Shown: piece by piece, positions 9,931 to 18,814 of the stretch
Layout: each line of letters starts with the position of its first letter
Position numbering within the stretch: position 1 is the stretch's first letter
DNA from: Candidatus Fermentibacter sp.
GTDB taxonomy: Bacteria > Fermentibacterota > Fermentibacteria > Fermentibacterales > Fermentibacteraceae
Direction of reading: 5' to 3'
DNA length: 64,000 nucleotides
Assembly (NCBI GenBank): GCA_030373045.1
Contig: JAUCPW010000002.1
Location: 16,985-80,984 of the forward strand
The notes under the pieces: generated by a model
The model's input: the letters and a program-made list of their open reading frames with translations, nothing else
Told to the model about the DNA's origin: nothing
The model's database searches: none
Position numbers and translations under genes: made by a program

Positions 9931-11009
9931 CTCCGCCTGTTCCTCCCCATGCTCTCGCGCACGGTGCCCGCCAGGAGGGGGAGCCACTTCCGGGGCGAGA
10001 AGACGATCGCCGTGGAGAGCGAGCATTCCCAGGTGCACGTGCATCGCTCCCGCCTGATGGAACGGATGGCTTCCACGGCAGTCCGCGATTCCAGTATCGG
10101 TGCGAAGCGGAAGCCGGATTCGCGCACGTTTCCCAGGACGATCCCGCGCGGTTCGCAGAGCCTCAGCCGCCCGACCTCGTCAAGGACGACGATCCTGCGG
10201 CCGGCGGGGCATGCAGGGCCCGGACGGCCTCCGAGGATGTCGCGGACCGAGGCTGTGTACCCGTTGTTCAGGGCCCTGAAGAATGCGCTCAGGGGGCGCT
10301 TTTCGCGCCTCCTGCCCTCGTCGCGGAATTTCGCGTGCTCCCTCACGAAAGCCTGCGGATCTATCCCCGGAGCACATGTGGACGGCCATTCGGGCCTCAG
10401 GAGATGGACCTCGTGGTTGTCGGGCCGGATCTCCGCCGCCACCCATCCCCGCAGTTCGTCCATGCAGCCGCTGTTCGAAGGCATGTAGACGGAGACGACG
10501 TCCATGGAGAAGTTGTGCGTGTCCTCCCGGAGGGCCCGGAACCTCGTTGCGGTTTCGCGTACCTTGTCGAGGCATCCCGGGACACCGCGCTGCCCGTCAT
10601 GTCTGCCGTCCGGGAAGTCGATGCTGAGAGCCCCCCTGAAGTGCACTCCGGGGAAGCCGGCCGTGAGCTTCCTGAAGAGGGCCTCCGAGCGGTCGGGCGA
10701 GAGGCCGTTGGACGGTACGTTCACGTATCTGACCCCGGCATTGCTTATGTAGAGGCCGATGATCTCGAAGAGATCCTCCCTCAGGACCGGTTCGCCCCCG
10801 GACAGGAGGAGATAGGGTATCCTGCCGCAGCCCTTCGATATCCTTCCGTGCTCGTCGAGCGTGAGCTCGGACGAGGGGTCGGCCCTCCGGACCTCGTCGG
10901 CGTAGAAGCAGAAGCCGCACCTGGCGTTGCATCTCGCCGTGGCGACCAGTATCAGGAACATCGGCTGCTTTGCGTTCATGAGCGCCGGCAGCGCGCCGAG
11001 GATGTTCAT
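9927..11009 (-). CDS. Radical SAM protein with a Cys-rich SPASM/twitch-like C-terminus
   Basis: The start was trimmed to MNILGALP (GGAG lies 4 nt upstream). Motifs: ATARCNARCGFCFY (CxxxCxxC), LLLSGGEPVL, and a C-terminal CPAG...LCEP...RCTCTWEC. Confidence 0.75.
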   Translation of the reverse strand: MNILGALPALMNAKQPMFLILVATARCNARCGFCFYADEVRRADPSSELTLDEHGRISKGCGRIPYLLLSGGEPVLREDLFEIIGLYISNAGVRYVNVPSNGLSPDRSEALFRKLTAGFPGVHFRGALSIDFPDGRHDGQRGVPGCLDKVRETATRFRALREDTHNFSMDVVSVYMPSNSGCMDELRGWVAAEIRPDNHEVHLLRPEWPSTCAPGIDPQAFVREHAKFRDEGRRREKRPLSAFFRALNNGYTASVRDILGGRPGPACPAGRRIVVLDEVGRLRLCEPRGIVLGNVRESGFRFAPILESRTAVEAIRSIRRERCTCTWECSLSTAIVFSPRKWLPLLAGTVRESMGRNRRR

Positions 11010-11134
11010 ACAACTCCAGTGACCGGCCGGTGGGCGGCAGTGGACGACTGGTTCCGAAGGGGCGCGGGCCGTATTCCGGTCCCCCCCATGAAGAATATAA
11101 TACGTCACCGACGCCCTTTCTGGAAGGGATCCAG

Positions 11135-12148
11135 ATGTCAGTCCGCATCAGTGCAGTGATACCGGCCTGGAAAGCCTCGTCGACCCTGGCGGACTGCCTG
11201 GGGTCCCTCGCCAGGCAGAACGCGCCCCTCTGCGAGATCATCGTGGTCGATGACGACTCGCCCGACGACACCGCCTCCCTGGCCGAGGGGCTGGGCGCGA
11301 GGGTCGTCAGGCTGCCGCGCAACATGGGCCCCGCAAGGGCCAGGAACGAGGGGGTGGCGGCAGCCTCGGGGAATGTGATCCTGTTCGTGGATTCCGACGT
11401 GGCCGTTCCCGAGGGTCTCGTGGAAGCGATCCACGCACGTTTCGAGGATCCGGCCGTCTCGGCGGTGCAGACCCTGTACACCCCCTCCTGCCCCGCCTCC
11501 GGTCTGGTCTCCCGCTACCAGAACTTCTACTACCACCATGCCCTGGCGCGCGTAAGGGAGGAGAGCACCGCCATCTTCGCGACCTGGTGCGCGGCGGTGA
11601 GGAAGGACCTGTTCGAGAGACTCGGCGGCTTCAACACCGACATCCCCGAGCCCACGGTCGAGGACGAGGAGTTCGGGTACGCGATCGCCGATGCCGGAGG
11701 CAGGATCATGCTCGACAAGTCCCTGCAGGTCGTTCACATGGCCGCATACGACCTCCGCGGATTCGCAAGGCGCCGCATGAGGATGGCCAGGGCCCAGGCC
11801 AAGAGCGGCCTGCGCCAGGTCCGCGACAGGCTCTTCGCCAGGTACATCAACGTGCACGAGACCGGAACCCACCACAGCAGGCTCGTCGTGGCGTCCATCC
11901 TCATGATGCCCCTCTCCCTGGCGTTCGCGGTCGCCGCGATCCCGTGCGGGCCCTCCATGCTCGCTCCGTCGTCGCTTCTCTTCACATCCGCGATGCTCTG
12001 CCACCTGGACTTCTTCGGGAAGGCCTCGAGGCAGTTCGGCCCGGGGATACTTCCGGGCTTCGCGCTCATGTGCGCGGCCGACATGCTGATCCTGGCGTGG
12101 GGCATCATGCGGGGGACGGCGAGCTTCGTGCTCGGGAGGCGCTACTAG
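11135..12148 (+). CDS. Family 2 glycosyltransferase with a C-terminal membrane domain
   Basis: Start MSVRISAVIPAW after GGAAGGGA. Motifs VVDDDSPDDT, DSDV and EDEEF. The tail is hydrophobic and ends GRRY, like its paralog at 14711-15706. Confidence 0.8.
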   Translation: MSVRISAVIPAWKASSTLADCLGSLARQNAPLCEIIVVDDDSPDDTASLAEGLGARVVRLPRNMGPARARNEGVAAASGNVILFVDSDVAVPEGLVEAIHARFEDPAVSAVQTLYTPSCPASGLVSRYQNFYYHHALARVREESTAIFATWCAAVRKDLFERLGGFNTDIPEPTVEDEEFGYAIADAGGRIMLDKSLQVVHMAAYDLRGFARRRMRMARAQAKSGLRQVRDRLFARYINVHETGTHHSRLVVASILMMPLSLAFAVAAIPCGPSMLAPSSLLFTSAMLCHLDFFGKASRQFGPGILPGFALMCAADMLILAWGIMRGTASFVLGRRY

Positions 12149-12154
12149 CTGAAG

Positions 12155-12171
12155 CCCGGCGTGCCGCCGGG
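12155..12171. terminator. Candidate bidirectional hairpin between convergent GT2 genes
   Basis: CCCGGCG-TGC-CGCCGGG (7-bp stem) sits in the 28-nt convergent gap. There is no T-tract. Confidence 0.25.
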
Positions 12172-12176
12172 CGGGA

Positions 12177-12890
12177 TCAGATCCTCCCCGCGATGAACTT
12201 GAGCATCGTGTGCAGCACCGTGAATCCGTACGGGATGGGCTTCAGGCTGGAGTAGCCCTCGCCGTGGAGCGTGGGGATGGGCACCTCGCGTATCGACAGC
12301 TTCTTGCGTATCGCTCCTGCGAGCATCTCGGAATCGAAGTTGAAGGTGTCGGAGTAGCCGCGGTAGGGGATCGTCTCCAGCGCCTTCCTGCTGTAGGCCT
12401 TGTATCCGCTGTGGTAGCTCGACAGGTCGGCCCTGAAGACGATGTTCTCGAGCCTGTTGAGCACGATCGTCCCCCAGTACCTTGTCTGGGACATCCCGCC
12501 CTCGCGCATGTCGCCGTACATCGTCCTGCTCCCGCCGACCACGTCGACGCCCTCGTGCAGCGGCGCGAGCATGGCCATCAGGAAGCCGGGCGGGTACTGG
12601 CCGTCGGAGTGCAGCATTACCGCCCCGCCGGCTCCGTGCTCCCGGGCCCAGTCGAAGGCCGTCTTCTGCGCGGCTCCGTACCCCCTGTTCACGGGGTGGT
12701 CGACGACGGTGACCTTGGTGAACTCCGCGGACAGATCCCGGGCCCTGTCGCCCGTGCCGTCGCTGGAGCCGTCGTTCACTACGAGCAGGGCGTCGATTGC
12801 ATCCCAGGCCTCGGAAGGGATGTTCCTGAGGACGCCTTCGATGAACCGACCCGTGTTGTATGCGGGCATGAAGCAGATGTGATCCATCAC
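12177..12890 (-). CDS. GT2 polyprenol-phosphate glycosyltransferase (Dpm1/ArnC/GtrB-like)
   Basis: Short soluble GT2 with CFMPAYNTGRFI, VVNDGSSDGT, HSDGQY and VVGGSR. This is the typical partner of ArnT/PMT-type membrane transferases. Confidence 0.75.
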   Translation of the reverse strand: MMDHICFMPAYNTGRFIEGVLRNIPSEAWDAIDALLVVNDGSSDGTGDRARDLSAEFTKVTVVDHPVNRGYGAAQKTAFDWAREHGAGGAVMLHSDGQYPPGFLMAMLAPLHEGVDVVGGSRTMYGDMREGGMSQTRYWGTIVLNRLENIVFRADLSSYHSGYKAYSRKALETIPYRGYSDTFNFDSEMLAGAIRKKLSIREVPIPTLHGEGYSSLKPIPYGFTVLHTMLKFIAGRI

Positions 12891-12963
12891 CCGGGCCTTC
12901 CTGTCTCTCGGTAGGGATGCGGGAAGCTACTCCAGTCCTCCCCGCGGCGCAAGGATCCGATGT

Positions 12964-14709
12964 TCACGGATCGTCGGCCGAGGAGTTCGACGGAGCCCAG
13001 CCGGGCCTGAGATCCCTCTCGGCCGTCAGCCCGGCTGCCCTGGCCCGTGTCCATGGCTCGATGCGGGCCTCGCCACCCTCCATCCAGAACAGGTAGGCGT
13101 TCCTGCCCGAAAAGACCGACTCCATGGCCGCCAGATCGTCCCCGGGCGACTGGTGGGCGCAGAAGACGAAGTCGCCGTCGAGGAAGGGGTCCGTGGCCAG
13201 GAGACCGCTCACTATGTTCGGATAGCCGTGCTCCGATGCCTCCATGAAGATGACCGCGGGCGGCCTGGCCGCACTCTCCGCCGCTTCGGCCGGGATCGTG
13301 TCGATGGCCTGCCAGGGGCCGCTCCGGAGCGCGATCCCGTCCGGCAGGTACACCGGCAGGGTCGCGAACGCGAACAGCCCGGCCACGGCATACACGGCGC
13401 GGCAGCCCCATCGGCCGGCGGCCTTCGACAGGCCGGCGGCGCAGAGCAGCGCGAAGCAGGGGAGAGCGGTGTAGTAGTGCCTAGGCCCGTAGTCTATCGA
13501 GGCGGAGTAGTGCAGCATCATGAACGGGGCGAACACGGCGATCGAACCTGCGGCCAGCGCCCACTTCCGCCTCTCCCGGCCGTCCATGAACGCGAACAGC
13601 GGAGGCAGGAGGGACAGGAACGGCCAGCCCAGGAGGATGGTGCTCCCCGCTCCCGCCTGCTTCGCGAGGTTCATCAGGCCTCTCAGCGGGGTATGCGCCC
13701 GGTCTCCGTATTCCGGGAACCAGGCCCTTTCCGGGCCGAATCCTATGAGACTGCCCCCCCTCGCGAGGTCGTAGGCGGGGGTCAGACAGTCACCGGTGTA
13801 GAAGCGGTTGGCCGCCAGAAGGAACAGGACGGGTGGAAGGGCGCCGGCCGCGATCCTCGCGAGGGCCGGGAAGGCGCGGGATCGGAGTGTGGATATCAGC
13901 CCGACTGTGATCGTGACGGCCCATGGCAGGACGGTGTACGGCTTGGTGCAGAGCGAAAGCCCGAGAAGGAATCCCGCCGCGGCCTGGAGCCGGCCCGCCC
14001 CTGCCGTGCCGCGTACGCTCCTCACGATCAGGTACAGCGCCCAGACCACGAGCGCGAGCTCGGTATTGTGGGCCATGTGGGTGGGGGCCATGAAGAGGAG
14101 GAAGGGGGACAGGGCCATGAACAGGAGGGCGGTCCTGGCCACCGTTCTCCCGGCCAGGCTCCTGAAGAGGAGGAATGCGCCGGCCAGGGCGAGTACGCCC
14201 TCGAGGGGGCCCAGCAGCGGGCTGATGCCCGCCCTGGTGAACGGGGCCATCACGAGGGCGTGCAGAGGGGTGTACATCGTGAACCACATCCCGTCGTGGA
14301 ACACGAAGTGCCTGAACGGGAAGAGGTCCCTCGGGCACTCGACGCCCGGGACGGGGGCCGCGGCCTCTCCCCTGGCGTAGATCATGCTCTGGAAGTAGTA
14401 GGCAGCCTCGTCCCCGCCCGAGGGTATCCCGTCGAACGGCCCCAGGGCCATCCAGACGGTGAACACGAGCACCGGAACCGAAACCGCCGCAAGGAACGCG
14501 GCGTCGCCCGGGCCGTCGATGATCCTCCTGGCCAGGTCCATCGGCCTGCGCTCGCCGCGCAGCGAGGCGGCGAACAGCAGCGCCGCGGGAACCAGGGTGA
14601 CGAACTGGACAGCCTTGTCGGCAGGACCCGAAAGCCTGGAGCCCGAGCCGGCATAGACCGCGAAGGCCGCCAGGAGCACCGCGCAGGCGATGAGTGGAAC
14701 CGGCCTCAA
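12964..14709 (-). CDS. Polytopic membrane glycosyltransferase, GT39/ArnT (PMT) family-like
   Basis: More than 10 predicted hydrophobic helices. An early-loop GGDEAAYY (DE) motif is typical of the ArnT/PMT family. TTG start lies 1 nt after the upstream stop. Confidence 0.6.
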   Translation of the reverse strand: MRPVPLIACAVLLAAFAVYAGSGSRLSGPADKAVQFVTLVPAALLFAASLRGERRPMDLARRIIDGPGDAAFLAAVSVPVLVFTVWMALGPFDGIPSGGDEAAYYFQSMIYARGEAAAPVPGVECPRDLFPFRHFVFHDGMWFTMYTPLHALVMAPFTRAGISPLLGPLEGVLALAGAFLLFRSLAGRTVARTALLFMALSPFLLFMAPTHMAHNTELALVVWALYLIVRSVRGTAGAGRLQAAAGFLLGLSLCTKPYTVLPWAVTITVGLISTLRSRAFPALARIAAGALPPVLFLLAANRFYTGDCLTPAYDLARGGSLIGFGPERAWFPEYGDRAHTPLRGLMNLAKQAGAGSTILLGWPFLSLLPPLFAFMDGRERRKWALAAGSIAVFAPFMMLHYSASIDYGPRHYYTALPCFALLCAAGLSKAAGRWGCRAVYAVAGLFAFATLPVYLPDGIALRSGPWQAIDTIPAEAAESAARPPAVIFMEASEHGYPNIVSGLLATDPFLDGDFVFCAHQSPGDDLAAMESVFSGRNAYLFWMEGGEARIEPWTRARAAGLTAERDLRPGWAPSNSSADDP

Positions 14710-14710
14710 G

Positions 14711-15706
14711 TCAGTACCTCCTGCCGGCGAGCGCGGCCGCGGCCGCCGAGAGCGAGGCCGGGGCTATCAGCGCGAGATCGGGCCAGAGCAGGAAGCCCGC
14801 CCTGAACCCCCTCGAACCGCCTGCCCTCGCAATGCCTGCCAGGAAGGGGATCTGCACCGTGATCAGGGCCGCCAGGCTGCCCAGGGCGGCATACAGCCCC
14901 CATCCGACCCCGAAGGCATAAAGGGCCGCCAGGGCTGCCGCGAGCCACGGCAGCACCGCGCCGGCGAGCACCGGAAGCATCTCGCCGAAGCCCGCGACGC
15001 TGATCGAGGGGGCTCCCCTGTCCCGCCCGCGGCGCATGATGTAGAGGGCCTTCGCCCTCATCATCCTCCACTCGTAGGCGAGGAGCGAGGGCACGTCGTA
15101 CTCCCTGAGATGATAGACCTCGATCTCCGGGGCGATCGCGATCCTCCCGCCGAGGGCCCAGAGCCTCTCCGAGAAGTCCGCGTCCTCTATCGTCGCGCCC
15201 CTGATGTTCTCGTCGAAGCCGCCCAGCTCGGCGAACCGCGCACGGGTGACGGCGAAGAAGAAGGTGCCGCACCCCTTGATATGGGGCCCCCTGATCCTCC
15301 GGGTGAAGGTGTAGTGGTAGTAGAAGTTCTTGTAGAACGTCGCGGCGCCCCTGCCCGGAGCATCCGGGCCGTACACGGCCTGGACCGCGTCGGCTCCGTC
15401 CATCCTGTCCTCGAGCATCCCCCTCCAGCCGGCCGGGGGCACCGCATCCGCGTCGAGGAAGAGGATCCAGGCAGTCTCCGCCAGTCTCCCGCCTGTGTTC
15501 CTGGCGCATGCAGCGCCGGGGCCTCCCGCGGAGGGGACCGTCTCGATCCCCATGGAGCCGAGCAGTTCCCGTGACCCGTCGGATGACCTGTCGTCCACGG
15601 CGATGATCCGGTCACCCGGGAGCAGGCCCTCCAGGGCGGCGCCTGCTGCCCTCCCGAGGGTCGATGCTCCGTCGTGGACAGGGATTACGACAGTGACCGA
15701 AGGCAC
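14711..15706 (-). CDS. Family 2 glycosyltransferase with a C-terminal membrane domain (paralog of 11135-12148)
   Basis: GTG start. Motifs VVIPVHDG, AVDDRSSDGS, LDADA and IEDADF. The hydrophobic tail ends GRRY. Confidence 0.8.
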   Translation of the reverse strand: MPSVTVVIPVHDGASTLGRAAGAALEGLLPGDRIIAVDDRSSDGSRELLGSMGIETVPSAGGPGAACARNTGGRLAETAWILFLDADAVPPAGWRGMLEDRMDGADAVQAVYGPDAPGRGAATFYKNFYYHYTFTRRIRGPHIKGCGTFFFAVTRARFAELGGFDENIRGATIEDADFSERLWALGGRIAIAPEIEVYHLREYDVPSLLAYEWRMMRAKALYIMRRGRDRGAPSISVAGFGEMLPVLAGAVLPWLAAALAALYAFGVGWGLYAALGSLAALITVQIPFLAGIARAGGSRGFRAGFLLWPDLALIAPASLSAAAAALAGRRY

Positions 15707-15707
15707 G

Positions 15708-17147
15708 CTACTTCTTCCGACGGCTCTTCTCGAACTGCTCCGATGCCATCATGAGGAGGCTCCTGGCTCCGTGCCACACGGCGCGGAGCTGGAAGGGCGA
15801 CGAGATGTTCCTGAACCTGTAGAGGAGGAAGGAAGGTCTGAAGAAGTACCCGATGTAGGCCAGGCGCCGGAGTTCCATTATCTGGTCGCCGGTCATGGTG
15901 AAGGGGACGAAGCAGGGCCTGTCGAGAAGCATGCCCTGGTCGTTCAGGCGGCTGCTCATCGAGCCGTACTTCCCCTGTTCGACTCCCCGGTAGAGGGCGG
16001 TCCCCGGGAACGGGGTGATGGGGAAGAACTCGACGGTGAAGCTGCCGAGTCTCTTCGCGAACTCGATGGTCTTCAGTCCCTCCTCGAAAGTCTCGCCGGG
16101 GATCCCGAAGATGTATGTCGTATGGGTCTTGATCCCCACGCTGTGGGCCATGCGCACGGCCAGCTCGATCCGCTCGAGCTTCTCCCTCTTCACGAGCGTG
16201 TCCAGGTTCTTCTGCACTCCGCTCTCCACGCCGAAGTTGATGCACCAGCAGCCCGAGTCCTTCATGGCCCGCAGGATCTTCCTGTCTACGGCATCGGCGC
16301 GGCATGAGCACCACCAGCGGACGTTCAGGTCGCGCTTCGTGAGTTCCTCGCAGAAGGCGTACGTGTGGGCGTGGCTGTAGGTGAAGTGCTCGTCCCAGAA
16401 CTTGATCTCCCTGGCGCCGTATCTCTTCACGTAGTACTCGATCTCGTCCACGACCCGCTTCGGGTCCCTGAGGCGTATCCGCCTGCCGTACATCTTGTAG
16501 CAGTAGAGGCAGGTGCCGCTGCATCCGCGGCTCGCCAGGGTCTGCATGACGGGTACGGTGGATACCTGCTCGAAGCTCGGGTAGTACCTGTCCATCTCGC
16601 AGAGGTCGACTGCGGGGAAGGGAAGCGAGTCGAGATCCTCCACCAGCGGCCTGTTCGCAGTGCGCACGATCCCGCCGGACGGATTCCTGAAGGCCAGGCC
16701 GGCGACTCCGTCCAGCGGCCTTCCGCAGGCGACCGCATCGATCATCTCGCCCGCGGTGGCCTCGCCCTCGCCGATCACCACAGCGTCGAGACCGGGGCAC
16801 TCTGACAGCATCCTCTCCGGCATGGACGTGGCTCCATGGCCGCCGATAAAGGTGAAGATCGAGGGGTTGTCGCTCCTCACGGCCTCGATGAACGGGGAGG
16901 CCTTGTGCCACAGCAGGCTGATGACGTAGACGCCGAGTGCCTGTGCACCGAACTCCGCCACGCGCTTCCGCATGTCCTCGCTGGAATGGAAGAAGCCCTC
17001 GAGGTAGATGACCTCGTGACCGCGTTCCCGGAGCACGGCAGCGATGTACTGCATGCCCGGGGTCGGCCAGCATCCCGCTATCCCCCTGGTATCGTTCGCT
17101 CTGATGTCATCGGGTCCCCACGGCGGGACTACGAGCGCGACACGCAT
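15708..17147 (-). CDS. B12-binding (class B) radical SAM protein
   Basis: The start was trimmed to MRVALVVPPWG (AAGAGG upstream). Motifs LASRGCSGTCLYCYK (CxxxCxxC) and FGVESG. Confidence 0.85.
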   Translation of the reverse strand: MRVALVVPPWGPDDIRANDTRGIAGCWPTPGMQYIAAVLRERGHEVIYLEGFFHSSEDMRKRVAEFGAQALGVYVISLLWHKASPFIEAVRSDNPSIFTFIGGHGATSMPERMLSECPGLDAVVIGEGEATAGEMIDAVACGRPLDGVAGLAFRNPSGGIVRTANRPLVEDLDSLPFPAVDLCEMDRYYPSFEQVSTVPVMQTLASRGCSGTCLYCYKMYGRRIRLRDPKRVVDEIEYYVKRYGAREIKFWDEHFTYSHAHTYAFCEELTKRDLNVRWWCSCRADAVDRKILRAMKDSGCWCINFGVESGVQKNLDTLVKREKLERIELAVRMAHSVGIKTHTTYIFGIPGETFEEGLKTIEFAKRLGSFTVEFFPITPFPGTALYRGVEQGKYGSMSSRLNDQGMLLDRPCFVPFTMTGDQIMELRRLAYIGYFFRPSFLLYRFRNISSPFQLRAVWHGARSLLMMASEQFEKSRRKK

Positions 17148-17249
17148 CGGCCGACCTCTTTCGCAAATGGTTGCTGAATATGGCAGCCCCCGCCCGGCCC
17201 TGCCAACGCGGTCCCGCCCGGGAGAACCGGGATGTGTCCGGGTCCGTGC

Positions 17250-17278
17250 TTGTACGAGACCCTGAACGGGGTTATACT
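17250..17278 (+). promoter_or_regulatory. Candidate sigma70-type promoter
   Basis: TTGTAC-N17-TATACT lies about 50 nt upstream of the DUF1232 gene start. Confidence 0.35.
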
Positions 17279-17329
17279 GAATGTGGTGGGGTTTTCCCGG
17301 CCCCGGGCGGCACTGACCGGAGGTGGGAC

Positions 17330-17731
17330 GTGATCGCCGAAGGATTCTGGGAATTCGCGAAGACCACGGTAATAGCCGTCGCGGCTCTGTTCGCACTGTT
17401 CGTGGTGATGCTGGCGCTGCCTCGATCGCCCTTCCGGAGGGTCTTCCTCAGGGCTGCCGCATGGCTGCTGGGCGCCGCCACCCTGGTGGCGCTGGTCTAC
17501 GTCATCAGCCCCGCCGACCTCCTGCCGGACGTCATCCCCATGCTCGGGCAGATCGACGATCTGGGAGCGCTGGTGGGTGCCGTGACGACGGGTATCGCGG
17601 CAGCCGCCGCTGCGGTCGGTTCGAGGAAGGTCCCGCCCTCGCCCGATGGTTCGAGAGAGATAGTGATCGAACCTTCGGACGGGGAGACGGACGCGGCCGA
17701 CCGGCCGGGGGGCATCGACGCGGGGAGATAG
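17330..17731 (+). CDS. DUF1232 (YkvA-like) membrane protein
   Basis: GTG start preceded by GGAGGTGG. The motif SPADLLPDVIPMLGQIDDLGALV is characteristic of DUF1232. Confidence 0.65.
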   Translation: MIAEGFWEFAKTTVIAVAALFALFVVMLALPRSPFRRVFLRAAAWLLGAATLVALVYVISPADLLPDVIPMLGQIDDLGALVGAVTTGIAAAAAAVGSRKVPPSPDGSREIVIEPSDGETDAADRPGGIDAGR

Positions 17732-17745
17732 CGGAGGGAGTCCCC

Positions 17746-18342
17746 ATGAGATTCGGTATCGGATCCAGGTGGGACCTGGCGGCAATCCTCGTCCTCTCCA
17801 CCGCGGGACCCGCAGCCGCCGGGCCGCAGGGCGGGCAGCAGGCCCGTGACATCCCGTCCGACGGAGAGCGCTTCGTCTTCACCTGGGACTTCTACTACGA
17901 ATGGCAGGGTCCCGACGGTTCGCAGATCGTATGGAACGCCGACCAGAACTCCTGCAGCATATTGCTCACCGCGATGCACAATTCCCTGACGGATACCTGG
18001 GGGATCGGAGGGGACGGCGTCATCCCCGTGATCGTCACCACCGTCACTCCCGACGGGGCCATGACCGGTGCGGGTTCGACCTCGGTGGACGTGGGAGGGT
18101 CGATTCGAAACGGGCTCGTCACCCTGACGGTCCTCGAGACGACGGGCGGCTACTACACGATTACTGTCTACGAGTATTCCATGACCCTCTTCACCACCGA
18201 GAACACCAGCAGCCACGAGGTCATCTTCACCTGGGAGGCCGCATCCACCACTGGCGACATGGTGAGTATCGACACTGAAAACGGATGCATAACGGCGATC
18301 CTGGAACCCTACGACGCCTGGGACCCCGGGTCGCAGCCCTGA
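17746..18342 (+). CDS. Hypothetical secreted protein
   Basis: ATG after GGAGGGAG. Signal-like AAILVLSTAGPAAAG. No family recognised. Confidence 0.55.
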   Translation: MRFGIGSRWDLAAILVLSTAGPAAAGPQGGQQARDIPSDGERFVFTWDFYYEWQGPDGSQIVWNADQNSCSILLTAMHNSLTDTWGIGGDGVIPVIVTTVTPDGAMTGAGSTSVDVGGSIRNGLVTLTVLETTGGYYTITVYEYSMTLFTTENTSSHEVIFTWEAASTTGDMVSIDTENGCITAILEPYDAWDPGSQP

Positions 18343-18376
18343 TCCCCCGGCTGGGGCAGCGGAGGAAGGAGAGGAG

Positions 18377-18646
18377 ATGGGGAGATCCTACAGGTACAGG
18401 TTCGGCGGTTCGGCCGCCACGCTCGTGCTGAACATGAAGAGGATGGCCGATGCGAACCACGTCGACTTCTCGGGCGACGACAAGGCCGGCCAGGTCGAGG
18501 GCATGGGCGCCAAGGGCTCGTATGAGATCTCCGGCGACGAAGTCACCGTCACCATCCACAGGATCCCCTTCATCGTCTCCTGGGGCACTGTGGAGGAGCA
18601 GCTCGACAGCACGGCGAGAACCTGGGGCGCCACCCGGATGACATGA
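18377..18646 (+). CDS. Small hypothetical protein (weak resemblance to the PHA_gran_rgn family)
   Basis: Strong SD (GGAGGAAGGAGAGGAG). The 89-aa pattern FSGDD..G.VEG.G.KGSYEISGDEVTVTI is reminiscent of the PF09650-type family. This was not verified. Confidence 0.45.
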   Translation: MGRSYRYRFGGSAATLVLNMKRMADANHVDFSGDDKAGQVEGMGAKGSYEISGDEVTVTIHRIPFIVSWGTVEEQLDSTARTWGATRMT

Positions 18647-18748
18647 TGCCCTGCGGAGCGGTCGATTCCGCCGGAACCTTGCACAAGGGCCCCCGGTGGA
18701 ATAAACTCGCAGACGGGAGGCAGGGCAGGATTCCGGCACGGCAGAACC

Positions 18749-18778
18749 TTGACCCTGGCGGAGCATTATCGGAATAAT
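18749..18778 (+). promoter_or_regulatory. Candidate sigma70-type promoter
   Basis: TTGACC-N18-AATAAT lies upstream of the OmpA-family gene. Confidence 0.3.
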
Positions 18779-18814
18779 TACTGTCCGCCAACCATTCATC
18801 AGAAGGAGGAATCG

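Noticed and set aside
8452-12148. A hopanoid side-chain locus hpnH-hpnI-hpnJ (rSAM, GT2, B12-rSAM).
   Set aside because: The non-B12 rSAM does not resemble HpnH around the cluster motif or at the C-terminus. No squalene-hopene cyclase or hpnK is in the window. The comparison is kept only as an analogy.
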